From: Coleofasciculus chthonoplastes F2-STO-03
GTDB lineage: Bacteria > Cyanobacteriota > Cyanobacteriia > Cyanobacteriales > Coleofasciculaceae
Direction of reading: 5' to 3'
DNA length: 49,261 nucleotides
Assembly (NCBI GenBank): GCA_040222015.1
Contig: JAVJWO010000020.1
Coordinates: forward strand, 1-49,261
A model generated the notes under the pieces. It did no database searches, was not told the DNA's origin, and saw only the letters and a list, made by a program, of their open reading frames with translations. Positions 29,488-38,636 of this stretch are shown piece by piece; positions within the stretch are counted from its first letter, which is position 1; every line of letters begins with the position of its first letter. Position numbers and translations under genes: made by a program.

Positions 29488-30438
29488 TTAAAATTTCTTA
29501 ACTTGGCGCACAATCAACTCTGCCAGGATGTTCACGATTAGGGTTAAGACAAATAGCACGAACCCGGCATACATTAACGCCGCTACCTGTAAACCTGACG
29601 CTTCGGCAAATTGGTTAGCCAATAGGGAGGCAATTGTATTAGCGGGGGCGAGTATAGAAAAATTAAGTTGATTGGCATTACCAATCAGCAAGGTAACAGC
29701 CATGGTTTCTCCCATGGCTCGACCTAGCCCTAACATTATGCCACCAACAATGCCCGAAAATGCCGCCGGAATCAGAACCCGAAAGATGGTTTGCCAGCGG
29801 GTGGCTCCCAACCCTAGAGAGGCTTGTCGCAAGTCTGGAGGTAGAGACGCTAAGGAATCGCGAGAAATTGCCGTAATAATCGGCAAAATCATAATCGTTA
29901 AAATAATCCCCGCCGGAAACATACCCACCCGCGTGGGTTCTGTACTAAACAGAGGAATCCAGCCGAAGTTGTTATGCAGCCATTCCTCAACCGGAATCAA
30001 GACTGGCACTAAAACATAAATACCCCATAGCCCATAAACCACACTGGGAATCGCCGCTAACAGTTCTACCATAAACACGAGCATCGTCCGCGCTGATTTG
30101 GGCAGAAAGTTTTCGCTCAAAAAGAGTGCAGTGCCAATTCCCAGAGGCACAGCAAACAATAGTGCGATCGCGGAACTCACCAGCGTCCCATAGATCATGG
30201 GTAACGCCCCATAATTCTGTTCTACGGGATTCCAGGCGCTGTTGACCAGAAAGTTCAGACCAAATTCCCGAATCGCGGGCAAAGCTTCTATGCCCACTGC
30301 GATCGCGATAAAGATTAAAATGCCTGCGACTGACAACGCCAAGAGGCGAGCCAGCCAGACAAACCCCCGATCTATCGTTTTTTCACTGACAGATCGTTGG
30401 GGAAGTATTGCTGAATGGGACTCAGCTGGTGTGGTCAT
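29488..30438 (-). CDS. pstC: Phosphate ABC transporter permease PstC
   Basis: Motifs ELLAAIPSVVYGLWG and GRAMGETMA. Confidence 0.93.
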   Translation of the reverse strand: MTTPAESHSAILPQRSVSEKTIDRGFVWLARLLALSVAGILIFIAIAVGIEALPAIREFGLNFLVNSAWNPVEQNYGALPMIYGTLVSSAIALLFAVPLGIGTALFLSENFLPKSARTMLVFMVELLAAIPSVVYGLWGIYVLVPVLIPVEEWLHNNFGWIPLFSTEPTRVGMFPAGIILTIMILPIITAISRDSLASLPPDLRQASLGLGATRWQTIFRVLIPAAFSGIVGGIMLGLGRAMGETMAVTLLIGNANQLNFSILAPANTIASLLANQFAEASGLQVAALMYAGFVLFVLTLIVNILAELIVRQVKKF

Positions 30439-30703
30439 AATTAATGAACGTGAACCGACGTTAAGAATTTAAGGATACCAGTGAACTGATCAAACCTAGT
30501 GCAAGAAGGCAGGAGGCAGGAGGCAGTGGTTCGACAGGCTCACCAACCGGGCAGGAGGCAGAAGGGGAAGACGCTTAGTGATCTTCGCGGAAAACGGATG
30601 GCGGGACGAGTTTCACGGTTATCATTGCTGCTTTTAAACCCGCCCCCACTGAGTGGAAGCATTTTAACTTCCAACTCTCTTATCTCTATCAGGTTCTGTG
30701 ATG

Positions 30704-31849
30704 CTATTCACTAACGTCAATGTCATAGTCGGGGCTAATCACATCTGCCGCCTCTGCCACTTTTTCCCGCACATTTTGCGGCAGCGCTACATACCCTAAC
30801 TCTGGCGCAATTTCTTGTCCTTTAGTCAAGGCATATTCAATCGTGGCTTCCAAGGATTTTGCCGTCTCAGGATTCTCATACTCTTGGTACGCCAACAGCC
30901 AAGTATAAGTAACAATGGGGTAGGATTCCTCGCCTTCAGGATCAGAAATAAATGCCCGCAGATTTTCCGGTAACGTAACCGCTTCTAACGTCTTGGACGC
31001 CGATTCATCACTGGGCGTGACAAAATTCCCAGATTGGTTCTCTAAAGCAGCAAAATTAAGGTCGTTATTCTTGGCGTAGCCGTATTCGACATAGCCGATC
31101 GCACCGTCGGTTTGTTGAATCTGAGCCGTCACCCCTTCATTTCCCTTTGCGCCAACGCCAGTGGGCCACTCGACGGTTTTGCCTTCACCAACTTGCTCTT
31201 CCCACTCCGGACTAATCGCACTCAGGTGTTTTGTAAAGACACCTGTGGTACCACTGCCATCGGAACGGTGAATAACGGTAATCGGCTGATCGGGTAACTC
31301 TACACCCTCATTTGCTTCTGCAATTGCTGGGTCATTCCAGTTGGTAATGTTACCAAGGAGAATATCCACATACACATCCCGTGGCAGTTTCAGTTCTTCT
31401 ACCCCCTCCAGGTTGTATGCCAATACGATACTGCCAGCCGTCATCGGCAGCATGAGAACACCTCTATCAACTTCCGAGATTTCTTCGTCCTTCATGGCAA
31501 CGTCACTAGCGCCGAAGTCTACTGTCTCTTGAGAAAACTGTTCGACGCCAGCGCCACTCCCGATGGATTGGTAGTTAACCCGGAGTTTCGGATATTGACT
31601 ACTGATTTCTTGGAACCAACGCTGATAAATCGGGGCGGGGAACGATGCACCCGCACCTGTGAGTGCTACATTGTCAGCCAGGGCAAGTTTGTCACCTTCT
31701 CCACCCGCACTACCTGTTGGCTCAGTGTCTTCTCCTGTAGTCTCAGTGCCTTGATTTCCACTGCACGCGGCTAGACCAACTGCCAAGGTTAACACGGCAA
31801 TGGAGCGAACGATATGAGTTGGATTCATGAAAGCAAGACGGAACACCAT
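30704..31849 (-). CDS. pstS: Phosphate ABC transporter substrate-binding lipoprotein
   Basis: LAAC lipobox, GAGASFP, GSGAG, DFGASD and RSDGSGTT. Confidence 0.95.
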   Translation of the reverse strand: MVFRLAFMNPTHIVRSIAVLTLAVGLAACSGNQGTETTGEDTEPTGSAGGEGDKLALADNVALTGAGASFPAPIYQRWFQEISSQYPKLRVNYQSIGSGAGVEQFSQETVDFGASDVAMKDEEISEVDRGVLMLPMTAGSIVLAYNLEGVEELKLPRDVYVDILLGNITNWNDPAIAEANEGVELPDQPITVIHRSDGSGTTGVFTKHLSAISPEWEEQVGEGKTVEWPTGVGAKGNEGVTAQIQQTDGAIGYVEYGYAKNNDLNFAALENQSGNFVTPSDESASKTLEAVTLPENLRAFISDPEGEESYPIVTYTWLLAYQEYENPETAKSLEATIEYALTKGQEIAPELGYVALPQNVREKVAEAADVISPDYDIDVSE

Positions 31850-31893
31850 TTGACCAAACCTCAAAGATAGTTACACAACCGTAAGTCTCTTGC

Positions 31894-31950
31894 AGGATAC
31901 CCTTCATTCGTAAAGAGAAGGTTAAGTCGGAGGGGACAATTAAAGTTAAC
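31894..31950 (-). promoter_or_regulatory. Putative Pho box (SphR site) and -10 element of pstS
   Basis: The minus strand has CTTAACCT-tct-CTTTACGA (11-bp period), a further GTTAACTT upstream, and TATCCT as a -10. The cyanobacterial consensus is PyTTAAPyPy(T/A). Confidence 0.6.
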
Positions 31951-32116
31951 GGTGGAGATCGTCCTTTGTCCTTTGTTATTGGTCATTTGTAATGGTTTGA
32001 GGAATTTACAGGTTACTAATTATCCGGTAAGACAGGATTGGTGCAGAATGTCGGATATACGGTATAGTGTTAAGTTGCGGTTCTATCGGTTGTGACATCA
32101 CGACCAAGCCGTCGAA

Positions 32117-33253
32117 GTGCAAAGCGAGGGTTTAAGTGTGGTTCAAACGCCATTACGACAGTCTGACAATTCACTCCATCCGGATGCGGCGAATTCCCTA
32201 GCCTCCGTACCAACCTCAGTGCGAGACTGGCTCAACACTCTCGCCCAACGAATTATAGCTGGCGATCGCATTAACCGAGAGGAAGCGCTGCAACTGACGC
32301 AGATCGAGGGACAGGAGAATATTTTGCTCCTGTGTGAAACGGCGGATCAAGTACGCCAAGCCTGCTGTGGTAACAGGGTGGATTTATGCAGTATCGTGAA
32401 CATTAAATCCGGTAGCTGCTCAGAAAACTGTGGCTTTTGCGCCCAGTCTGCCCATCATCCGGGAAAGGATTCCCCTATTTACGGACTCAAATCTCCAGAG
32501 GAAATTCTGGCACAAGCCAAAGCCGCTGATGCAGCAGGGGCAAAGCGTTTTTGTCTGGTGAGTCAAGGGCGTGGACCCAAATATCAGTCCCCTAAATCCA
32601 CTGAATTTGAGCAAATTCTGGAAACCGTCCAGCGGATTATTAGCGAAACTAATATTAAGCCCTGTTGTGCTTTAGGCGAAGTGACACCAGAACAGGCACA
32701 GGCGCTTAAGGAAGCCGGAGTCACCCGCTATAACCATAACTTAGAGGCATCAGAGACCTTTTTCCCAGAAATTGTCACCACTCATCGTTGGCGCGATCGC
32801 GTCGAGACGATTAAACACCTAAAAGCGGCGGGAATTCAAGCTTGTACGGGTGGCATTTTGGGGATGGGAGAAACCTGGGAGGATCGGGTAGATTTAGCCC
32901 TAGCCTTGCGGGCATTAGAGGTGGAATCCGTACCCCTGAACCTGCTGAATCCGCGTCAAGGAACACCGTTGGGAGAACAGACGAAACTTGAGCCGTATGA
33001 AGCACTAAAGGCGATCGCGATTTTCCGGCTGATTTTGCCTGAACAAATCATTCGCTATGCTGGCGGACGAGAAGCGGTGATGGGTGAACTCCAAGCCCTG
33101 GGATTGAAAGCCGGGATTAATGCCATGTTAATTGGTCATTATCTAACCACCCTAGGACAGCCGCCAGAACATGATCATGCCATGTTAGAGTCATTAGGCT
33201 TAACGGGAGGCGAAGCACCGATTCCCGGAGAGCATCAATCCCAGCAAGTATAG
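32117..33253 (+). CDS. bioB: Biotin synthase
   Basis: Radical SAM motif CSENCGFC, plus YNHNLE and VPLNLL. Confidence 0.95.
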   Translation: MQSEGLSVVQTPLRQSDNSLHPDAANSLASVPTSVRDWLNTLAQRIIAGDRINREEALQLTQIEGQENILLLCETADQVRQACCGNRVDLCSIVNIKSGSCSENCGFCAQSAHHPGKDSPIYGLKSPEEILAQAKAADAAGAKRFCLVSQGRGPKYQSPKSTEFEQILETVQRIISETNIKPCCALGEVTPEQAQALKEAGVTRYNHNLEASETFFPEIVTTHRWRDRVETIKHLKAAGIQACTGGILGMGETWEDRVDLALALRALEVESVPLNLLNPRQGTPLGEQTKLEPYEALKAIAIFRLILPEQIIRYAGGREAVMGELQALGLKAGINAMLIGHYLTTLGQPPEHDHAMLESLGLTGGEAPIPGEHQSQQV

Positions 33254-33282
33254 AGGGGGAGTTAAGGACGATTCCTGTAAAA

Positions 33283-33867
33283 GTGTCTGCTCCCCATGAA
33301 CTCGTTTGGGCTTTAATTGGCTTATTACTGACTATCGGTGGCACCTTTTTAGAAGCCTTCGTGACAAATCCGCCCTGGGATTGGTCAAGCCAAGGAATTT
33401 ATCCCGTTTCCTTAGGCGTTACCTGTCAAATTGGGGCGGTTCTACTTGTTGGGTGTTTAGGCGGAAAAAATGCAGGTGTCCTGTCTCAAATTGCTTATGT
33501 GGTTTTAGGCTTAATTTTACCTGTCTTTGACCAAGGCGGGGGTTTAGGCTATTTAAGAGAACCCCGATTCGGTTATTTATTAGGATTTATTGCCGGGGCT
33601 TGGGTCTGTGGTTTCTTGGCATTTCGTCTGCCCTTACGATTAGAATCCCTAGGGTTTAGTTGTTTATGTGGCTTGTTCACCATTCATCTTTACGGGATAG
33701 GCTATTTAACGATTTTCCATCTTATTTTGAACATGACCAGTAGGAATGATTTACCACTCATAGATGCCATGTTGAAATACTCAATTTATCCGTTACCAGG
33801 GCAGTTAGCGATCGTTTGTGCGGTTACAGTTGTGGCGTATACCCTGCGGCATTTATTGTTTTATTAG
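33283..33867 (+). CDS. bioY: Biotin transporter BioY
   Basis: Hydrophobic protein with LPVF.GGG..Y..P.FGYLLGF, adjacent to bioB. Confidence 0.88.
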   Translation: MSAPHELVWALIGLLLTIGGTFLEAFVTNPPWDWSSQGIYPVSLGVTCQIGAVLLVGCLGGKNAGVLSQIAYVVLGLILPVFDQGGGLGYLREPRFGYLLGFIAGAWVCGFLAFRLPLRLESLGFSCLCGLFTIHLYGIGYLTIFHLILNMTSRNDLPLIDAMLKYSIYPLPGQLAIVCAVTVVAYTLRHLLFY

Positions 33868-33902
33868 TCATTACCGTTAACTTTTATAGTGCCTACTTAC
33901 TT

Positions 33903-34454
33903 ATGCATTTTCAAAAAAACCGTTATTTCTGGGTAATTGCTGCAATTAGTTTAATTGTGGATCAACTGACTAAATATTTAGTGGTACAAAATTTTGCCTT
34001 ATACGAAAGTTTGCCTCTGATTCCTGATATTTTTCACTTAACTTATGTACTCAATCCCGGAGCGGCATTTAGTCTATTTAGTCAGGGCGGAGTTTGGCTG
34101 CGCTGGCTATCACTAGCAGTGAGTCTGGGGTTAATCGGGTTGGCATGGTTTGGTTCCCGGCTGAAACCGATTGAGCAGTTAGGCTACGGCTTTATTTTAG
34201 GGGGCGCATTAGGGAATGGAATTGACCGATTTTTTAATGATTGTATCGTTAATGGAAAACAGTTAACCTGTGTGGTTGATTTTCTGGAGTTTCCGATCGT
34301 CAAGTTTCCTATATTAGTCGATTTTCGTCATATTCGACTCGCGCCTTTTCCGGTGTTTAATTTTGCTGATGTTTTTATTAATTTAGGGATTATCTGTTTG
34401 TTAATTATCAGTTTTCGCCAAAGCCCACCGGCTGCTCAATCTCACAGAAAGTAG
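33903..34454 (+). CDS. lspA: Lipoprotein signal peptidase II
   Basis: Motifs DQLTK, NPGAAFS, GALGNGIDR, VVDF and FNFAD. Confidence 0.93.
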   Translation: MHFQKNRYFWVIAAISLIVDQLTKYLVVQNFALYESLPLIPDIFHLTYVLNPGAAFSLFSQGGVWLRWLSLAVSLGLIGLAWFGSRLKPIEQLGYGFILGGALGNGIDRFFNDCIVNGKQLTCVVDFLEFPIVKFPILVDFRHIRLAPFPVFNFADVFINLGIICLLIISFRQSPPAAQSHRK

Positions 34455-34512
34455 ACCCGTTTTGCCCAGGTTAATTGAAGATGAGGGCGAGTCAAGAAAA
34501 TTAGTCAGTTAT

Positions 34513-34540
34513 GTAGAGACGTTGCATGCAACGTCTCTAC
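34513..34540. repeat. Perfect 28-bp GTAG palindrome (REP-like)
   Basis: GTAGAGACGTTGCATGCAACGTCTCTAC, with an identical copy at 36117-36144. Confidence 0.9.
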
Positions 34541-34682
34541 TAATATCCATTAAATGCATGACAGCTTATCTGTGGTTCTTGTGTAGGGGCGACCCGCTTG
34601 CATCAATTAACAACTGGAGTCCACTCAATTTGCTCGGGTCGCCCTCTATTGAAACGAGAAGGAATCTAGGTTGTCTTTGTCT

Positions 34683-35372
34683 CTAAGCAGCAGTAGTTGT
34701 ATCTATTCTTTGATTTTGGCGTTGAATCGTTACCCAAATTGCTAGTCTGGAAAGAATTAAGCGAAAGTCTGTCAGAATTGGGGATATATTTTCGGGCGTT
34801 AATACAGGAACGTGGACAAAAATACAGCCAGTTGTTGGGGCATAATCGCGCAAATAACTTAATACTTGATAATAGAGTCCTTCACAGACAAATTTACCTG
34901 CGTCGTAACTCATCTCAGTTTCGGTTAATCTCTCTACTAAGTCCTCTAAGTCTACAGCGGTTTTGAGGAAATGAGTCTTGAAGTTGGTCTTACTGCCAAG
35001 TAAGGCGGAAAGACAATAGGACAACCCTTGAAAGCTGAAGATTTTCTGAAGAACGATATAATAAATGAACCAATACACTTGAGCAACAAGGTATCGAGGC
35101 GTTGCCCCAGCTTCTACAGTTAATCGGGAACGAGATTCAGCCATACCGCAACAAATTACTACATCCGGTTGCAGGTGTTCAATTTGCGCGATCGCTAAAT
35201 CGCTGGCTGGAAATACGTCCACGGGTAGCTGTCTCAGGAATGTTAAAAATATGGCTTGATCCGGGAAGGGGTCATTCTCAGCTTGGAGTTTGAGGAGTAA
35301 ATCATCGGACGCATTGGATTTCTGATCAGGTAACCAGGTTTGAAAGGAAGTCAAAAGGATGGTTGTTGGCAT
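34683..35372 (-). CDS. Pyroglutamyl-peptidase I (peptidase C15)
   Basis: Motifs ILLTSF, the triad TVE / DAGKFVCE / FVHVP. Confidence 0.8.
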   Translation of the reverse strand: MPTTILLTSFQTWLPDQKSNASDDLLLKLQAENDPFPDQAIFLTFLRQLPVDVFPASDLAIAQIEHLQPDVVICCGMAESRSRLTVEAGATPRYLVAQVYWFIYYIVLQKIFSFQGLSYCLSALLGSKTNFKTHFLKTAVDLEDLVERLTETEMSYDAGKFVCEGLYYQVLSYLRDYAPTTGCIFVHVPVLTPENISPILTDFRLILSRLAIWVTIQRQNQRIDTTTAA

Positions 35373-35437
35373 TTATGATTAAGCACCGAACTCACTAAAA
35401 TATAGATTGAACCATAAAAATAATGAGGAATCGGTTC

Positions 35438-36073
35438 ATGCCAATCATTGCGGTGGTTGATTACGATATGGGTAACCTGCACTCGGCTTGTAAAGGGTTG
35501 GAGAATGCAGGTGCAACAACCAAGATAACGGATGTCGCGGCTGAGATTGAACAGGCGGATGCGGTGGTACTACCGGGAGTTGGTTCCTTTGATCCTGCTG
35601 TACAGCATTTGCGATCGCGCGGACTTGAGGAACCGATTAAACGGGTAATTGCTAATGGGAAACCGTTCCTGGGTATCTGTTTGGGGTTGCAAATTCTGTT
35701 TGAGGGTTCAGAAGAAGGAAAAGAACCCGGATTAGGGATTATTCCCGGAAAAGTGCGGCGATTTCAGCCAGAACCTGATATCCGTATTCCGCACATGGGG
35801 TGGAACCACTTGGAGTTCACTCAACCGGATTGTCCTTTGTGGATGCAGTTATCGGAGAACCCGCAAGTTTATTTTGTCCATTCCTACTACGTTGAACCCG
35901 TTGATCCGACGATTCGCGCCGCTACAGTGACACACGGATCACAACAGATCACGGCTGCGATCGCGCGGGATAATATGATGGCGGTTCAGTTCCATCCTGA
36001 AAAATCGTCCACCGCAGGCTTACAAATTCTATCGAACTTTGTTACTCTTCTGAAAACTCCTGTATCCGTCTAA
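35438..36073 (+). CDS. hisH: Imidazole glycerol phosphate synthase glutamine amidotransferase subunit
   Basis: Motifs DYDMGNLHS, LPGVG, GICLG, PHMGWN and QFHPEKS. Confidence 0.95.
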   Translation: MPIIAVVDYDMGNLHSACKGLENAGATTKITDVAAEIEQADAVVLPGVGSFDPAVQHLRSRGLEEPIKRVIANGKPFLGICLGLQILFEGSEEGKEPGLGIIPGKVRRFQPEPDIRIPHMGWNHLEFTQPDCPLWMQLSENPQVYFVHSYYVEPVDPTIRAATVTHGSQQITAAIARDNMMAVQFHPEKSSTAGLQILSNFVTLLKTPVSV

Positions 36074-36116
36074 GATTGGGGAACAGGTAACAGATGGAAA
36101 TGAGGAATATGGGGAT

Positions 36117-36144
36117 GTAGAGACGTTGCATGCAACGTCTCTAC
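36117..36144. repeat. Perfect GTAG palindrome (REP-like) between convergent genes
   Basis: Identical to 34513-34540 and overlaps the carbonic anhydrase stop codon. Confidence 0.9.
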
Positions 36145-36908
36145 ATCTCTTTGGTTTTAATAACTCGCTTATTTAGAGGTTGGACAGGTCGAGCATTACC
36201 GCTATAAACCGACTGAAACTTAGCTAGCTGCTGGGATGATATCTCAATGGGCTGTTTCAAAACATACCAATTCACCCCTTCGGTACAAGGTGGGGTAGTT
36301 AATGAGCCTGTGTAATGATAATAAGACTTATCTTTTGGCGGTAAAGCACTGGCATTAACCGTCACACCTCGAACGATTCGCTCTCCTTTCTGGGTTGGTA
36401 TATTCGCCCATAATGTTTCAATAAATGGATTATATTGACCTTCTTTCAGGAAAACCCCAATGACCGCCAATTGTCCATCCTCACTTTTATGAACCAGGTG
36501 GGCTTCCATGGGATAGTCTTCGCCCTTAACCGTGTGTTCGCTGGGAGCATGGAAATGAAACTGGAGAAGTTCATACCGCTTACCCTCAATTTTGATAGAA
36601 CTCCCAGGTTTGTAAGCCACTTCAATGGCATGACCATTATTAATGACTTTAAAGGGTGTATATTTATAGGTAAATTCCAGAGAGTCAGCGCTAGAGGCTG
36701 ACATATCGTTCAGGTCAATAGGAGACTGAGTTTTGCCGAGTTTACACGTTTCAAATTCCGGACTTAAATCTCCCCACTTTTCCGGTGATTCATCGCCACT
36801 ATACCCCCAGTCAACCGAATGGGTATTACTTGATTTAACGTTCGGCGCGATGATTAAACAAGACGCCAAAAGAACAAAGACAATAAATGTAAAGGTACTG
36901 TTTTTCAT
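36141..36908 (-). CDS. Secreted alpha-carbonic anhydrase
   Basis: Signal peptide; motifs QSPID, NNGH, QFHFHAPSEH, EAHLVH, GSLTTPPC and NARPVQ. Confidence 0.93.
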   Translation of the reverse strand: MKNSTFTFIVFVLLASCLIIAPNVKSSNTHSVDWGYSGDESPEKWGDLSPEFETCKLGKTQSPIDLNDMSASSADSLEFTYKYTPFKVINNGHAIEVAYKPGSSIKIEGKRYELLQFHFHAPSEHTVKGEDYPMEAHLVHKSEDGQLAVIGVFLKEGQYNPFIETLWANIPTQKGERIVRGVTVNASALPPKDKSYYHYTGSLTTPPCTEGVNWYVLKQPIEISSQQLAKFQSVYSGNARPVQPLNKRVIKTKEM

Positions 36909-37171
36909 GGCACTTTTTCACTTTTACAGCCAATATACATATCTCTATCTATTTTAATAGCATTAATCAGAATTAGTTGAACCCGACAATTCATAAATGT
37001 TATAAATCATTTTATGGTTTGTTGAGATAGATTGAGATATATTTCTGCAAAAATTTGTATTTCCCGCTATCCCCCTACGAGGGGGGAAGAGAAAGGATGC
37101 TTCGCTTTTGTGGCAGGGGGGAGGATAGAGGATGCGAGAGTTCTTGTTGCACGGAAGGGGGAGAATTCAAA

Positions 37172-37210
37172 GCCTCTCTCCTTGTAGGAGAGAGGTTTGG
37201 AGAGAGGTTT
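37172..37210 (+). repeat. CCTCTCTCC-type palindromic repeat
   Basis: CCTCTCTCCT-tgt-AGGAGAGAGG followed by a third arm GGAGAGAGG. Confidence 0.6.
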
Positions 37211-37393
37211 TCCAGATCCCGTGAAAAGTAAGCTCACCCCATCACCCCATCACCCCCACCTCCCAGACGTAGCAGGCTACGTCTGGAACAAACTCCCCCA
37301 GCTTCCCTATCTTCCCGTTATCGCCGCAATTGAGTCTGAACATTGGTAGGCTGTAAAGAGTCGCCAATGGCGTTTAAGTAAGGAGAGTAAACG

Positions 37394-38254
37394 TTGAAGT
37401 ATCAGAATTCACAGAATTGGCAAGCTTTAGTGGGAGGGATTATCGCAGCAGCCTTGATTCTCCTTAGCTTTAGCTCCTTTGTGATCATCAACCCAGGTCA
37501 AGCTGGGGTGATCAGCATCTTGGGTAAAGCCAGAGATGGAGCCTTACTAGAGGGAATCCACATTAAACCCCCCTTAATTTCAGTGGTGGACGTCTATGAT
37601 GTGACCGTGCAAAAATTTGAAGTTCCCGCCCAGAGTTCTACCAAGGATCTTCAGGATCTCTCGGCTAGCTTCGCGATTAACTTCCGCCTTGATCCCACAC
37701 AGGTGGTTACGATCCGACGGACACAAGGCACATTACAGAATATCGTCTCGAAAATTATCGCCCCTCAAACTCAGGAATCGTTCAAAGTTGCAGCGGCTCG
37801 GCGAACGGTAGAAGAAGCCATCACCAAACGGACTGAACTGAAGCAGGACTTTGATAATGCTTTGAATGAACGGTTGGAAAAGTATGGCATCATCGTCCTG
37901 GATACCAGTGTGGTTGACCTAAACTTCTCCCCTGAGTTCTCCAAGGCGGTTGAGGAAAAACAAATCGCTGAACAACGGGCGCAACGTGCTGTTTATGTTG
38001 CCCGGGAAGCCGAACAACAAGCCCAAGCGGACATTAATCGCGCTAAGGGTAGAGCCGAAGCCCAACGACTGTTGGCGGAAACCCTGAGAGAGCAAGGCGG
38101 ACCACTGGTTCTGCAAAAAGAAGCGATCGAAGCCTGGAAACAAGGTGGGGCGCAAATGCCGAAAGTTTTGGTCATGAGCGGTGATTCAAATAGTAGTGTG
38201 CCATTCCTATTTAACTTAGGGGATGTGGCACAGGAACCGACGCTATCGCGGTGA
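37394..38254 (+). CDS. Prohibitin / SPFH (band 7) family protein
   Basis: N-terminal TM helix, STKDLQ, and the coiled coil AVEEKQIAEQRAQRA. Confidence 0.9.
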   Translation: MKYQNSQNWQALVGGIIAAALILLSFSSFVIINPGQAGVISILGKARDGALLEGIHIKPPLISVVDVYDVTVQKFEVPAQSSTKDLQDLSASFAINFRLDPTQVVTIRRTQGTLQNIVSKIIAPQTQESFKVAAARRTVEEAITKRTELKQDFDNALNERLEKYGIIVLDTSVVDLNFSPEFSKAVEEKQIAEQRAQRAVYVAREAEQQAQADINRAKGRAEAQRLLAETLREQGGPLVLQKEAIEAWKQGGAQMPKVLVMSGDSNSSVPFLFNLGDVAQEPTLSR

Positions 38255-38276
38255 TGAAACGAAACCCTGTGGTTAT

Positions 38277-38344
38277 CCTGTAGGGGCGACCCGCTTAGCC
38301 TAATTAACAACCTGTAGGGGCGACCCGCTTAGCCTAATTAACAA
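38277..38344 (+). repeat. 34-bp tandem duplication of a REP arm
   Basis: CCTGTAGGGGCGACCCGCTTAGCCTAATTAACAA x2. Confidence 0.9.
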
Positions 38345-38636
38345 CTCCAGTCCACTTAATTGGCTCGGGTCGCCCTCAACTCAATGGCGCTGACTGGTAT
38401 GCTGGTGGGCAATGCCCACCCTACGGTATATCAAGGTCTTGTTGATCTAAAAATGCTTATTTTCAGTGCCATTGCCCTTGAGTCTTGTTCTACCCTCTAA
38501 AAAAAGAATGCCCTTGGGGAGGATATACCTATCGTAGTAACGGTTTCAGCGCGTTAGCATGATAACGAATCTGGTCATGAGCCTGATCGAACGAAGGTTT
38601 TCTAGTCCATGTTCAGTTCTTATGTAACACAACGTT

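Noticed and set aside
35017..35065. TTGAAA...TATAAT promoter inside the peptidase insertion
   Set aside because: The 23-bp spacing is incompatible with a sigma70 promoter.
36985..37020. AT-rich imperfect palindrome upstream of the carbonic anhydrase as a Zur/Fur box
   Set aside because: The match to TGATAATNATTATCA is too poor to support in such AT-rich DNA.
38277..38376. Possible mini-CRISPR (34-bp repeat)
   Set aside because: The copies are adjacent with no spacer and are arms of a REP family found elsewhere in the window.
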